From the NCBI GenBank assembly GCA_036172245.1, contig JAYWIR010000044.1, positions 1,612,001-1,676,000 of the forward strand: a stretch of DNA of 64,000 nt, written 5' to 3'. This DNA is from Raillietiella orientalis (taxonomy: Eukaryota). Each line of letters starts with the position of its first letter. The first letter of the stretch is position 1. Shown piece after piece: positions 37,909 through 51,037 of this stretch. The position numbers and the translations under genes are program-made. The notes under the pieces are model-generated. The model was not told the origin of the DNA. It made no database searches and saw only the letters and a list, made by a program, of their open reading frames with translations.

Positions 37909-37912
37909 CTCG

Positions 37913-39626
37913 GTTGAAATCTCCCGCTATCAGGTGAGCCTACCGCACGTTCGTGTCCGCCAGCCAGTCGCGCTTCAGGGATTCCAGCAGCCTGGTACGG
38001 TCGCTGTATCCCTGTTTACCGCTGGGGGCGTACACATTCGTGACGATCAGTTCGATCGAGTCGGAGCAGCTGAGAATCAGCTGACCCACCCGACCGTCGT
38101 CATCGAAGCGCACGCCCTTCACGGCAGCGTCGATGGCGGGCTTCACGAAGAACGCGACCCCGCAGGTGTTGCGGAGGCAGCACCGCCAATACAACCGACC
38201 CCCCGCGATCATCTCGATCTCCTGGGCGTCTGCCGCGGTGATCACGTGGATCTCCTGCAGCAGGGCCAGGTCGAGCTCACGCAGGGTGTCGGCCGTATCT
38301 CGCCTGTTACCGTCGTCGCGCAGGCCGTTGACGTTCGAACAGGCGGCGCGAATCCGACAGCGACTGGCGAGCCCAGGTGTTACTCCTGGGAAGATGGCGA
38401 TGCGGCGTTCGCCACCTGTTGGGCTGGGACGCTAGGTGGAGGAGGAAGGTCAGGCGCTGCGTGCACCTTGTCCCCCTCCTCCATGGGTAACGGCGCGTCG
38501 AGCGCGTCACCCTCAGGTGGGGTCGCGCCTACCTGTTGGCCCTCCTCCATGGGGGCGGGCTGTTCAGGCTCGGCGACTGCAGGGAGGACTTCGCCCCTCT
38601 GCTCACCCTCCTCCATGGGGGTGGCCGGCTCGACGGCTTCCGAGCGTGGGAGTTCCCCCTCCGGGATTCCCACGCTACCGCTAGCTTCCTGCTTCTCCTC
38701 CTCGCTGGACGAGGGGAGGCGCCTCCTGGGTTTTTGGGACTTGCGTCCCGACTTCCTGGGGGGTGCCTCCGAGGAGGAGGATGCACTTCCAGCTTCCAGG
38801 TCCGACTCACCTGTGGGGGCCTTTTTCGCGGGAGCCGGCCTTCGCACGGCCTTGCGTGAGGGGTTCTCACGCTCCGCCAGCGTGGCCGCGAGCTCCTCCG
38901 CCGCGTTTGCGAACGCGGCGTCCTCGGTGTCGACCGGCGCGTCTCGCGGCTCACCCTCTGTTTGCACAGAGGGTTCGCCGTCGCGAACTTCGGGAGCGAC
39001 GGAAACGGCGAGGGGAGGCTCTTCGCCCCGGGTGGCCTCTTCCGGAACGACGATACGTTCCAGTGCCACCGTGCACTCGTGCACGGTTTTCGAACGCGGC
39101 CCGGGTTTTTTTTCCTTACCGGCCGGCTTCTCTTTCTTCTCCTTTAAAGGAGCTTTTCTCTCTTTTCTGGCTGCTACAAGTTGCCAGCCCTCTTCACCTT
39201 CCGCCTCTTGGGAAGGTCTATCCTCCGTCTTTTCTTTTGGAGGTTGAGGATCTGGCAGCTTCAGCCGGCCAGCGTCCGCCTTAGGTCTTCTGACCTTTAG
39301 TGCGCGTTTCCCCTGCGCCTTTTTCGCGGCAGGAGGAACCGGAGTGGGGCGTTTTAGGCACACACGTCGAACGTGGCCCTTCTCCCCGCACATGTTGCAT
39401 TGGATGTTAGGACACTACTTGCGAAGGTGTCCTACGGTATCGCAGTAGCCGCAATACCGGGGCTTTCCCACGTACCAGAGGTCCACGCTCTCTTGCGCGA
39501 CCTCCAGCTTGTGGGAAAGCTCACAGTCCTTACTTACGGTTACCCGCGCTGCATCCTGGCCTCCTAAATGGCGATTGAAGCTTTCAAATATTGTTGGCTT
39601 AGGTCACAGCGCGTGCACCTCGCCGA
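37913..39626 (-). mobile_element. Family A LINE fragment (ORF1 and APE up to GDFN)
   Basis: ORF 38380-39393 is nearly identical to 40461-41474; APE breaks exactly at the GDFN codons. Confidence 0.92.
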
Positions 39627-41941
39627 CTCGCTTGGCGAGTGGAAGTGTGTTTCCTTCGCTCCCGAGTGAGTCGACAGGAAGCGGTTTTTTCTTGTGTTGT
39701 TTGGTGTGGAACATCGTTGGTGTCCGATGGCAGCGATGCCTAAGGACACCACGATGGAGGTAGGTGTGGGAAAGGCTTGACCACCTTCACAGCCTAGAGA
39801 ATCAGGGGCGTCCGCCCCGGAATAACCCTCGCCGCCCAAGGCGAGGAGCTGGAGCGCTATGGTGGCCGCGCCGAGCGCGGAAACCGTGGCCGAGATGGCG
39901 GCGTACCGGGCAGCTGGGTACAAGCCCAGCTTGGTGTACCAGGTAGGCCCCTTATTTGACGGAAAAACGGCACGCGCGTTTTCGAAAGCGCTGCAAAACG
40001 CCGGTGTCAGAAAACAAGATCTTGACGGTTTGTCCGTTCTCAGCGGAGGTCAGCGAGTCGAGGTGGTGTGCAAGGAGATCACCTTGGCTCAGACTCTGAT
40101 CACCAACCGTTGAACGTCGACGACCGCAAGATCTTGCCGGTGACGACGGACCGCTCCGTGGTGGTCCATCTCACTGGAATAACGAGCCGTATGACTCGCT
40201 CTGCAGTAGCACAAGAACTACAAAAGTTCGGCGAGGTGCACGCGCTGTGGCATAAGCCAACAATCTTTAAAGGCTTCAATAGCCATTTCGGAGGCCAGGC
40301 TGCAGCGCGGGTAACCGTAAGTAAGGACTGTGGGCTTCTTCACAAACTGGAGGTCGCGCAAGAGAGCGTGGACCTCTGGTACGTGGTAAAGCCCCGGTAT
40401 TGCAGCTACTGCGATACCGTAGGACACCTTCGCAAGTAGTGTCCTAACATCCAATGCCACATGTGCGGGGAGGAGGGCCACGTTCGACGTGTGTGCCCAA
40501 AACGCCCCACTCCGGTTCCTCCTGCCGCGAAAAAGGCGCAGGGGAAACGCGCACTAAAGGTCACAAGACCTACGGCGGACGCTAGCCGGCTGAAGCTGCC
40601 AGATCCTCAACCTCCAAAAGAAAAGACGGAGGATAAACCTTCCCAAGAGGCGGAAGGTGAAGAGCGCTGGCAACTTGTAGCAGCCAGAAAAGAGAGAAAA
40701 GCTCCTTTGAAGAAGAAGAAGGAGAAGCCGGCCGGTAAGGAAAAAAAACCCGGGCCGCGTTCGAAAACCGTACGCGAGTGCACGGTGGCACTGGAACGTA
40801 TCGTCGTTCCGAAAGAGGCCACCCGGGGCGACGAGCCTCCCCTCGCCGTTTCCGTCGCGCCCGAAGTTCGCGACGGCGAACCCTCTGTGCAAACAGAGGG
40901 TGAGCCGCGCGACGCGCCGGTCGACACCGAGGACGCCGCGTTCGCAAAGGCGGCGGAGGAGCTCGCGGCCACGCTGGCGGAGCGTGAGAACCCCTCACGC
41001 AAGGCCGTGCGAAGGCCGGCTCCCGCGAAAAAGGCCCCCACAGGTGAGTCGGACCTGGGGGCTGGAAGTGCATCCTCCTCCTCGGAGGCACCCCCCAGGA
41101 AGTCGGGACGCAAGTCCCAAAAACCCAGGAGGCGCCTCCCCTCCTCCAGCGAGGAGGAGAAGCAGGAAGGTAGCGGTAGCGTGGGAATCCCGGAGGGGGA
41201 ACTCCCACGCTCGGAAGCCGTCGAGCCGGCCACCCCCATGGAGGAGGGTGAGCAGGGGGGCGAAGTCCTCCCTGCAGTCGCCGAGCCTGAACAGCCCGCC
41301 CCCATGGAGGAGGGCCAACAGGTAGGCGCGACCCCACCTGAGGGTGACGCGCTCGACGCGCCGTTACCCATGGAGGAGGGGGACCAGGTGCACGCAGCGC
41401 CTGACCCTCCTCCTCCACCTAGCGTCCCGCCCCAACAGGTGGCGGACGCCGCGTCGCCATCTTCCCAGGAGTAACACCTGGGCTCTGCAGTCGCCGTCAG
41501 ATTCGCGCCACCTTTTGCAACGTCAACGGGCTGCGCGACGACGGTAACAGGCGAGATACGGCCGACACCCTGCGTGAGCTCGACCTGGCCCTGCTGCAGG
41601 AGATCCACGTGATCACCGCGGCAGACGCCCAGGAGATCGAGACGATCGCGGGGGGTCGGTTGTATTGGCGGTGCTGCCTCCGCAACACCTGCGGGGTCGC
41701 GTTCTTCGTGAAGCCCGCCATCGACGCTGCCGTGAAGGGCGTGCGCTTCGATGACGACGGTCGGGTCGGTCAGCTGATTCTCAGCTGGTCCGACTCGATC
41801 GAACTGATCGTCACGAATGTGTACGCCCCCAGCGGTAAACAGGGATACAGTGACCGTACCAGGCTCCTGGAATCCCCGAAGCGCGACTGGCTGGCGGACA
41901 CGAACGTGCGGAAGGCTCACCTGATAGCGGGGGATTTCAAT

Positions 41942-41968
41942 CGAGTGCGGACGTGTTTTTCTTCGCTC
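41942..41968 (+). promoter_or_regulatory. Shared LINE 5'-terminal motif GCGGACG(T/G)GTTTT..(C)GCTC, candidate internal promoter (representative copy)
   Basis: Variants at nine 5' ends: 5851-, 10226+, 17147-, 22004+, 24612-, 26749+, 36755-, 39635+, 41942+. The function is inferred. Confidence 0.55.
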
Positions 41969-44900
41969 TTGTCTCCGTGCTTACATCCGCTTCATCTTGG
42001 CGTCGTACATTTTGACGACGATGTCGACCCAACTTGAAAATACTGAAGTTGGAGGAACAGCATCCGGATCTGCAATCGCGGAACCGACGGCCGCCTCCAC
42101 TTCCTCTTTCTCGCCAAGGAAGAGGAGTTTTGCTGACGTTGCTGCCACAGCAGCCGTCAAAGGGAAGCCACTCTACGAGTCGGAGTTGCGGGCATACGTA
42201 GCCGAAGGCTATAGACCTGCTCTCTGATATAAGGTGAGTGGTTTTCTTTCTGCGCGCGACGGGAATCAGTTCAACGATAAACTGTCCCGTGTTGGCGTGC
42301 GGGAGGAGGACCTTCTCGCCATTATGCCCGTAAAAGACATTGGCTATTTCAAGGTGCGTTGCAAAGACGCTGCACTTGTGCAACGCTTGCTGCGCACCCC
42401 GTTGTCGATCCGTGGCCAGAAGATCTTCCCGGCCGCTATGGACGACTCATTTGTTGTGGAGATTTTCGACATCGAGTCGGAAATCTCCGATACTGATATT
42501 CGGAACGCGTTCGCGAAATTCGCCACGGTCCATGCGCTGTGGAGGGTGCGTAGCAACCTCAAGGACTTCCCGTCCATACACAGCGGAGTCGCTGGAGTCC
42601 GGCTTACAATGCCGGTCCGCCGTCTGCTGACCACCAAACTACAGGTGAAAGACACGGTCGTTCACCTGTGGTTCGTGGACAAAGTGAGAACGTACGAGCA
42701 ATGCGGGAAGGAGGGGCATTGTTTGGATAAATGCCCCTCCGGAAAATGCCGTTATTGCAAACTTACAGGGCACCAATTGAAAATTTGCCCGGATCTTTTG
42801 CGAAAAAAGGCAGCCGCGGAGCTCCATCTTAAAAAACAAAGCGCGGATAAAAAGAAAAAGTCTGCGAAAAACCTGGAGACCTAGGCGCAATAGCTGTCCT
42901 TCCCAAGCACGCCCGGCTCTCTCGGAGTTCGAGCAACCGGCGGAGACGCCAATGGACAACGGCGATAAGGGCACTTCCAGTACCGTCAGATCCATTCCTT
43001 CACCTACTGCAGTGGCTGAGAAGCCCAAATCGGGTAAGAAGGGTTGTGCCGTGTCGACTTCGAAAGTCGGCAAAAAAGTATCCGTGTCGCGATCCAACAC
43101 CGCGAAAGCGGAGAAAAATCTCACGCCGTCGCAGTCGGAGAGCAAGCTCTCGACTGGCGCGGATGCCATGCCAACGGAGGGATTAGAAACCATTCCGAAG
43201 GCAGCGTCCATGACGAGCGTGGCGGAGCTATCGAAAGTGCTCCCGTCCAAAGACGCGGATGGCTTCAAAGATGGCAATGGAGCACAATCTCCATTTACGG
43301 CGCAACGCGAAGTGAGGAACCGTAATGAAGTAAAGGAGACTTCCGCAAAAGTCCCTCGTGCAACTGCCCGTGAGCACTCTGAAAACAGGCGCGCCGGGAA
43401 AGCAGCCGTCACCAAAAGCGATGCTCTGGTGACGGAAAACGAAAACAGGACAGCTGTCGATCCAGCAGAAACTGTCACTGCTTCGCGGAAGGCCGAAACC
43501 CGATCGAACATGCGCCGGTCGGACTCCGAAATGGATGCCGTTCCGATCACCGAGACGAGGACAACTCGTTCAAAAGCGTGTGCGCGCCGAACAAAAGTAG
43601 GCAGCGAGGCAACGCTCGCCGCGAAGCAACGCGGAGTCTCCAGGAAACCCGACGGGGTTAAGCCTGACGTGGAGGCATTACATGCATGCAGCACGACGGA
43701 GGACGGTGGCGACCGTCCATTCCAGCCAGTCGTGCTGCTCGCCGTCTGCTCGCCGGATAAAGCGAGCAAAAAGCCGCCACCTTCCCAGCAGTAATGCGGG
43801 GAATCGCGTCTTCTCGTCGTCTGTCCGTAACGTGTTGGAACTTGAACGGACTACAGCACGACGAGAAGAGGCGATTAGTAGCCAACGCCCTGCGCCCCTT
43901 CGACCTCGCGCTCCTGCAGGAGATTCACGTAATCTCCGACGAGCAGGCAGCCGAAATCGCAGAGCGCGCAAGCGGAACGCTACATTGGCGGTGCGGCGGC
44001 GCACACACGTGCGGCGTCGCGTTCCTCGTAAGAGGAAAAATGGCGGAAGCGGTGCGTGGTGTTCGTTTCGATGACGACGGACGGATAGGCCAGCTTGTCA
44101 TCAAGTGGTCCGAGTCCATCGATCTCGTCGTCACGAACGTCTACGCGTCGAGTGGCTCTCGCTAACTCGAAGAAAGAGTAGCTTTCTTTGGTGAGGTGCA
44201 GAGCAACTGGCTCAACAACTCCGGCTTCCAAGTGACGCACCTCGTCCCTGGGGACTTCAATGTCCGCCTGCTCTCCGACGATTGGAGCCGCCCGAGGGAG
44301 CGCGCGCTGCACATCGAGATGTGCGCGTCCGTGCGCGCCGCCAACTTGATGGTCAGCGAACCTGGAATGGAAAGATCGCTCGATCACGTTTTCCTCGATG
44401 AAAACCTGCATTCGCGTGTGGGTAGGAGAGGAAGATTGTTGACTGAGCTTTCTGACCACTACAGGTTGGAGTTTGAGGTCCTTCCGCCAGGCAGGGGGCC
44501 TCCGTTGCAAAGGTGGAGGATGCAGGCGGATTGGCTTAGCCAACCGGAGGCTGCGGAGCATCTACGTGGATACCTCCGAGGCTTTGCCATTCAAGAACTT
44601 GCGGACTGGGACGATCTCAAAAGATCTGTCCGCGAGTTCTGTTGCCAATTACCCTTGCACCGGCTTCCACGCGGTTTCGGAGAGGGCGTGGCCAACAGTA
44701 GAGACTTTCTGCAGGCCCGCACGTTTTCGAGACGCGCGGATGTCGGGCGTCTCGCAGAGTACAAGGCGAGGGCCCAGCGCCAGGTCTGGCAGTCCGGAGC
44801 AGCATGCCTTTTGGACGACAAGGGCCAGGAATTTTCGGCCTCAGCCGAGGTACGCCGCATTGTGAGACGCTACTACTCCTCGCTCTACGCGGAATCCCCT

Positions 44901-47662
44901 ACTGAGGATATTCTTGCTTAGATCTCAGGATGCTCGTGTTGTCGGCGAGGAGGAACGCGAACGTCTCGACGAGCCCTTCACGGCGGATGAATTTTCGTCC
45001 GCCATCGCTGGGCTGAAGAGATGAAAGGCGCCCGGCGAGAATGGGCTCCCTGCAGTGTTTCATCAGTGCTTTCCAGTGGAGCTCATTCCCTTGATGCTAA
45101 AACTCGCGACGCTGATGAGGGAATCCGGGAATGTCCCAGATTCCTTCCGCTCAGCGACGGTGCGTCTCCTGCCGAAAGGCGGAGACTTGCGCCAACTTAA
45201 CCACTGGCGTCCGATCACCTTGGTGAACTCGGACGTCAAGTTGTTTTCCAAGCTGTGGGTCGCGCGGTTAGGAAGAATCGCGGAATCTGTGGTGAGCCCG
45301 GAACAAACCTACGCGGTTCCGGGACGATCCATGGAGGCGAACATCCATTTCGCGCGTACATGCATGCAGCTCCAGGAAGTTGTGGCACAGCAAAGCCAGG
45401 CTGCTGCGAAAGTCACTGCCGCAGGCAAAAAGAACAGGCGCCGACGGCAGGAGGGAACGCCAGGTGCCTTGGCGGTCGCGGTCGATCTCCACAAGGCGTT
45501 CGACTGCGTAAACCAGAAGCTGCTTTTGGAGCTTATGGAACGCCTTGGGTTCCCGGCGCAACTCCTGCTGTATTTGCGCGCGTGCTGACGCCACGCGCTA
45601 ACCTGCATCACTTTTAGAGGCTGCCGCGTGTATGGTATTCCCGTACGTAGGGGTATCCGACAGGGCGACAGCTTAAGCCCGTTGCTCTTCAGCATCTTCT
45701 TTGAGTTGGTGCTAAGAGCATACAGGCTGACGCTGTCTCACTTGCCAAGCTCCTGCCCGGGAACGCCTGCTGTGGCCGCCTACGCTGATGACCTGCTTCT
45801 TCTGCTCCCCATGTCCACCCCGGCGTCCAGTGTCGAGGATTTCTTCGAGCTGATTCGTCGGGGAGCGGGCGTGAGCGTGAACAGAGAGCAGAGCGTGGTG
45901 GTTCCTGTGGGTACGTCGTGGGAGGGGCACTCCGACTGGATCCGCCTGGGGATATCCACGGGCAGGTACTTTAAGTACCTTGGCGTTCCGTTGGGCGCTT
46001 TCGGCGCAACCGAAGCGTGGGCGGACTGTCTTCAGAAAGCAGAGTTTGCCATGAGCCCGTTCTAAAACGGCAAGTTTACCTTGCAGGAACGGGCGACTGT
46101 TTCGAACACCTTTGTGGCCCCCCTCCTCCGTCCCCTGTTTTTTGTTTTGAACCCCCCCTATGCGGCGAAACAGCGGGCTAAGCGCATGCTCAGGAACGCT
46201 CTCTGGGGTCCGGCGAGATCCAGGATCCGCCTTAAAGAATTGTCAGCTCCGCGTCGGGATGCTGGTTTGGGTATCCTGACAATGGAGCGAATCGGACTGC
46301 AGGTGCAGTTCCGACTGCTTGCACTGTGTGCCCAGCTATGGACATCCCCCCTGTGTGTGCCAGCTCGCATTCTCTTGCGGAGATGCGCCGGCAGCGGAGG
46401 ATTTCTCTCGCTTTTGCCGGGCACTCAATACAGGAAGCGGGGTTTCGGGTTTCCATTGCGGCAGTTGACCGCACTTCTGGAAGCACACTCGTGGATCTCC
46501 TGCCGCCCAATGAACTTTGAAGCTTGGCGGCAGGAGTCTGTTGAATCCTGGGCGGCGTTCCAAGGAATACGCCCTGAAGATCTTCGCCCCCTGCGCCAAT
46601 TTTTTCCACGATCCTTGGAAGAAGTACTGCAGGACGAGGTGAAGTTTTCTACCCTGGCGGTCACGCCTCTTGCCGCAGCGCTGTCTGCCCTCAGGGCAAG
46701 AAAGGACAGTTACCAACCGGCGAGGTGGGAGGTTTCCTGCACGATAGCGGGAAAAACCAAACTCCTTGGCACCTGGAAGACAAGTGAGTTGGCGGACGCC
46801 GCCACTCCTCGTGTTACTGCAAATAGACTCCTCCGGTGGGCAGAAGAACTTGCTGTCACCCCCGAAGAACTAGTAGTCCCTCCACAGTGTATGGACAGTT
46901 CGCTGCTCCCCCTTGCTTGGAAACAAGCCGTGCTGCTTTTCGTTCACTGGGGTTTTCAGTGCAACGAGCGTTGGCATCGTGACTCCGGGGGACTTGCGTC
47001 TGCGAACTGCGTTCGGTGCGGATCGACGGAGTCGATTCCGCACCTACTTCTAAACTGCGGTGTCCTACAAGGACTGTGGCGTAGGCTGGCAACAGCACTA
47101 TTGCATCCCGTGGACACCGCAATTGACTTGCTGCGACGATTCTTCACGCCGAGCGGGCTTTCACTAAGCGCAAGGATTGCAACCATCGGTTGCATACGCG
47201 CGATAGTTTCCGTCCGCCAGGCGATGGTAATCAACGGACAGCACCAAGAGGTAATCAGCAAAGCATCCTTCTACATGGGAGCATCCGCTAGATGGCCTCA
47301 TTTGACAGAGGAGACAAAGAGGAATCTCGCCGCAAAACACCGCCGGTTTACACACGCTCAGCAGCGGCCAACGCGGTGATCATTGCCCTACCCTCGATAA
47401 ACTATTTTTGTATTTTCTTTTAACACCCCCGTCCCCATAGGCTCCGGAACATTTCAGGTGCTCATCGTTTAAATCCCCGTGAGTACGGAGCCTAACAAAA
47501 AACCCGTAACCCTTCCCTCCAGTTTTTGATTTTTGTTTGTTTCCCCTCATTCCTCCCACGCTGCGTGCGGTTTGTTTACCAGGCCTTCGTGCCGGTAATT
47601 TTTCTATGTTCTCTGTCGTTCTGTTGGTTAAGGACATTGTCCCTGACCAGTTTATTATTATT

Positions 47663-47692
47663 AATAAACGCCACGGCGTGACCGGGTGATAA
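47663..47692 (+). other. Shared LINE 3'-terminal signal AATAAACG + CCCGG-loop-CCGGGT hairpin (representative copy)
   Basis: Fourteen copies (three lacking a clean AATAAAC), each at an element 3' end. Confidence 0.85.
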
Positions 47693-50600
47693 ATTTCAAT
47701 TTCCGCCTGCTAACAGGTGAGCCGGAAACACAAGTGAACGCGATGAACGAGTTGTGCGCCGCTATGCGTGCGCGCAACTTGTTCGCGGGTGAGAAAGGAA
47801 TGGTCCGCAGCATCGACCACGTCTTCCTGGACGCTGACCTGTGTTCACGCGTCGGCAAACGGGGGAGGGTTGTGTCGACGTTGTCGGACCATTCCCGGCT
47901 AATTTTCGAGATGCGGCCTCGCGACAAAGGACCGCCATCCAGGGATTGGCGTCTGCCGGGGGACTTGACGCTACTCTCAGGTGCGAAGGAACACCTTCGC
48001 GAATACCTGAGTGGCGTCACGCGCAGGAATCTCCAGGACTGGGACCTTTTTCAGGAATCGGTCCGCGAGTTCTGTGAGCAGTTTCCCCTGGATCGCCTGC
48101 CCCCCGGATTCGGCGAGGGTGCTCGCAACCATCGGGCCTGATTACAGGCTCGTAGGTACGAGAGAACCCTTAATGTCCGTCGCCTGGCTGAGTACCGCGC
48201 CGGGGCCGAACGCCAAGCCTGGCAATCCGGGTCGGCCAGCTTCCTGGACGACCAGGGCCGGGAATGTTCGTTCCCGGCGTCGGTACGCCATCTCGTGCGG
48301 AGTTTTTATTCCTCCCTTTACGCAAGGGAGCCCCCGGATCGAAACGCTTCTCGGCGCTTGCTTCCGGATGGCACCCCGGCAATAGGGGAGGAGGAAATGG
48401 AAAGCCTCGACGAGCCTTTTACCACCGGCGAAATTCTCGCCGGTATCAAAAGGCTCAAGAGGCGTAAAGCTCCAGGGGAAGACTGCTTGCCCGCGGAGTT
48501 CTTTCAGAGCTTCGCGGAAAAGCTGGCGCCCCTGCTGCTTAAGCTGATCAGGCTGATTCGAGACGAAGGCGATGTTCCCGCCTCGTTTCGGTCAGCCAGA
48601 GTGAGGCTCCTTCCGAAAGGGGGAGACCTCAGGAATTTAAAGAACTGGCGTCCGATCACGATCGTGAATACGGACGCCAAGTTGATAGCAGGGCTATGGG
48701 CTTCGCGTCTGGGGCAGGTGGCAGAATCCGTAATTAGTCCGGAGCAGACTTATGCTGTTCCCGGTCGAAGTATGGATGCCAACCTCTTCTTCGCAAGCAC
48801 ATGGGTGCATCTGCAGAGAAGAGAAAAGAAAGGGATAGGGAAAGTCGGCAACCCCACATTGGGGCCGCCAGCCGGGTTGGGAAGGGACCCCCGGGCAGGG
48901 AAGGGGGCCCTAGCGCTCGCAGTCGATCTCCACAAGGCGTTCGACTGTGTAGACCAGGAACTCCTCTTGGAGCTCCTGGGTCGCATGGGCTTCCCACCCT
49001 CCCTGATTTTCTACCTGCGCTCTTGCTGGCGGAATGCGATGATTACCGTCTGTTTCAGTGGACAAAAGGTGTATGGCGTGCCGGTGCGGCGGGGCATAAG
49101 GCAGGGCGATAGCCTAAGCCCCCTGATCTTCAGCACCTACTTTGAGTTGGTGCTGAGAGCGTACAAGGTGACTTTGGCCCCTTTGCCGAGCTCGTGCCCC
49201 GGCACGCCCGCCGTAGCAGCGTACGCCGACGATCTTCTTCTCTTGTTGCCAATGTCCACCCCGGCAAAGGCGGTCGGAGACTTCTTCGATCTGCTCAGCC
49301 GCGGGACCGGACTGCAGGTTAACAGGGCGAAGTCGTCGGTTGTGCCAATAGGTGCGGCGTGGGCAGGGCAGCAGGACTGGGTCCGTCTGGGGATCCCCAC
49401 GGCGAGGTGCTTCAAGTACCTTGGTGGGCCGTTGGGGGACTACTCCCCTGCGGAAGCGTGGTCCAGCTGCCTCCAAAAAGTCGAGACGGTGATCGGCCCG
49501 TTCCTGGAAGGCAAGTTTCACTTGCCGGAACGGGCCGCGGTTTGGAACGCCTTTGCGGCCCCCATCCTCCGCCCCTTGCTTTTTGTTTGCCCTCCCACCG
49601 TGGAATCCAAGAAAAGGACGAAGGACCTCCTCCGTATCGCCCTTTGGGGCAAGGGGAGGCCCCGAGTCCCACTGAAGGACTTGTGCGCTCCGCGTCGGGA
49701 CGGCGGTCTTGGCCTCCTGACGCTGGAGCGACTGGAGAAGCAGCTGCGGTGGCGAACCCTCGCCATCGCAGCGAAGATGTGGTGCACCTCTTGGTGCACT
49801 CCGGCCCGCCTCCTGGCCAGCCGTGTGTCCCGGTGCGATGGACTCGCGTCTTTTCTTCTCAGGCGTGGCCGGAAGATGCGAAGATGCGGCCTACTGCTCG
49901 GGCGCATGGCAAGATTGGCCAAGGAGAACAGCTGGATGGTTTGCTGCCCCGCCAACTTCCCCGCCTGACTTGAGGAGAATATTGGAACGTGGGCAGTGGT
50001 TCACCAGAGAAGCCACGAGACGTGGAATCGTCTCCGATGCAGCCCCTACGCCCGCTGCACGCTGCGGAATCTCCTGGAGAGTCCAGCAAGATGCAGCTGG
50101 GCAGAGACGACCTGCTTAGCTACGGAGCTGCCCTTCCTGAGGAGGGCACTTCACAGCAGCCGGACGCCAAGGTGGCAAGTCTCCTGCTGCATCGAGGGAC
50201 GCGAGAAGTTGATCAGCGGCTGGACAACAGGAGAACTGGCAGACGCCACGACCTTGAGCGTCCAGCCGCGAGGACTAAGAAGATGTGGCGAGCTGCTGGC
50301 CATCCCTATGGATGTGCTGAAGTGGCCCCTGCTTCTTCAGGAATCCAGGGTCCTGCCCCTTGAGTGGAAAGAGACGGCGTTGCTGTTGTTTCATTGGGGT
50401 TTACCCTGCAACGCACGCCGCTCTCACTGGACAAGAGGAGTTGTGGATCCTGCGTGTGTCAGGTGCGGAGAGCGGGAATCGCTCTCCCACCTTATTGTGG
50501 ACTGTGCTGCCCTTCGTTTCCTTTGGGAACGGTTTGGGACGATCCTCGGTCTCCCAACGGGCAGTTCCCCTAGAGACGTTCTTCGGCCCCTCTTCGTGAA

Positions 50601-51037
50601 GGACGCCCTGCAGCCAGCCGCAGCCCTTGCAGCCTTGTGCTGCGTCCGAGGCATCGTGGCGGCATAGAGCGACACCAACAAGGAAAAAGTGGGTCAACAC
50701 GCGAGGGATGTCATCCCATATGCCCAACGCTTCTTGCGAAGAGCTGCTGGATGGCCCCAACTGAGGAATATACGGATGGACCTCGAGGGCTTCCTTCAAC
50801 GGATGGGTCCTCCTCTCAGCGAACAGTGATCCCTTCCCTGCCCCCCAACCTCACTTGTTTGTTTGCCTTTTTGTTTTTATTTTTGTTTTTCCCCATCCCC
50901 TTTCGCTGCCGGGGAGTGCCACGCCTGGCTGCGTCCCGGCGTCCCGGTAGGTCCCGTGCATAAGGCCGTGAGCGGGGCCTGGAACCGCAATTGTAGAGTT
51001 TTTATGAATAAACGCTCCGGGCGTACCCGGGTGGCAA

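Larger units (their letters stand above)
41942..47692 (+). mobile_element. Full-length family B LINE with 8-bp TSD (ORF1 42021-43794, ORF2 43794-47379, several stops)
   Basis: ATTTCAAT at 41934-41941 and 47693-47700; APE, RT and CCHC motifs; ends AATAAACGCCACGGCGTGACCGGGTGATAA. Confidence 0.95.
39635..51037 (+). mobile_element. Full-length family A LINE (39635-41941 and 47693-51037) split by a B insertion
   Basis: ORF1 39727-41474; APE resumes at 47693 (FNFRLLTGEP...SIDHVF...SDH); RT ORF 48295-49968; CCHC in 49996-50667; terminal hairpin at 51007-51037. Confidence 0.94.

Noticed and set aside
37847..43769. Long ORFs 37847-39247, 40607-41920 and 42639-43769
   Set aside because: They are antisense shadows of GC-rich LINE ORF1/APE and cross element junctions.
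32671..45870. Simple palindrome centred near 39630
   Set aside because: The arms are not symmetric (an extra truncated B on the left, an intact A 5' end on the right, different TSD base). Separate nested insertions explain it at least as well, although duplication of an A::B composite is not excluded.
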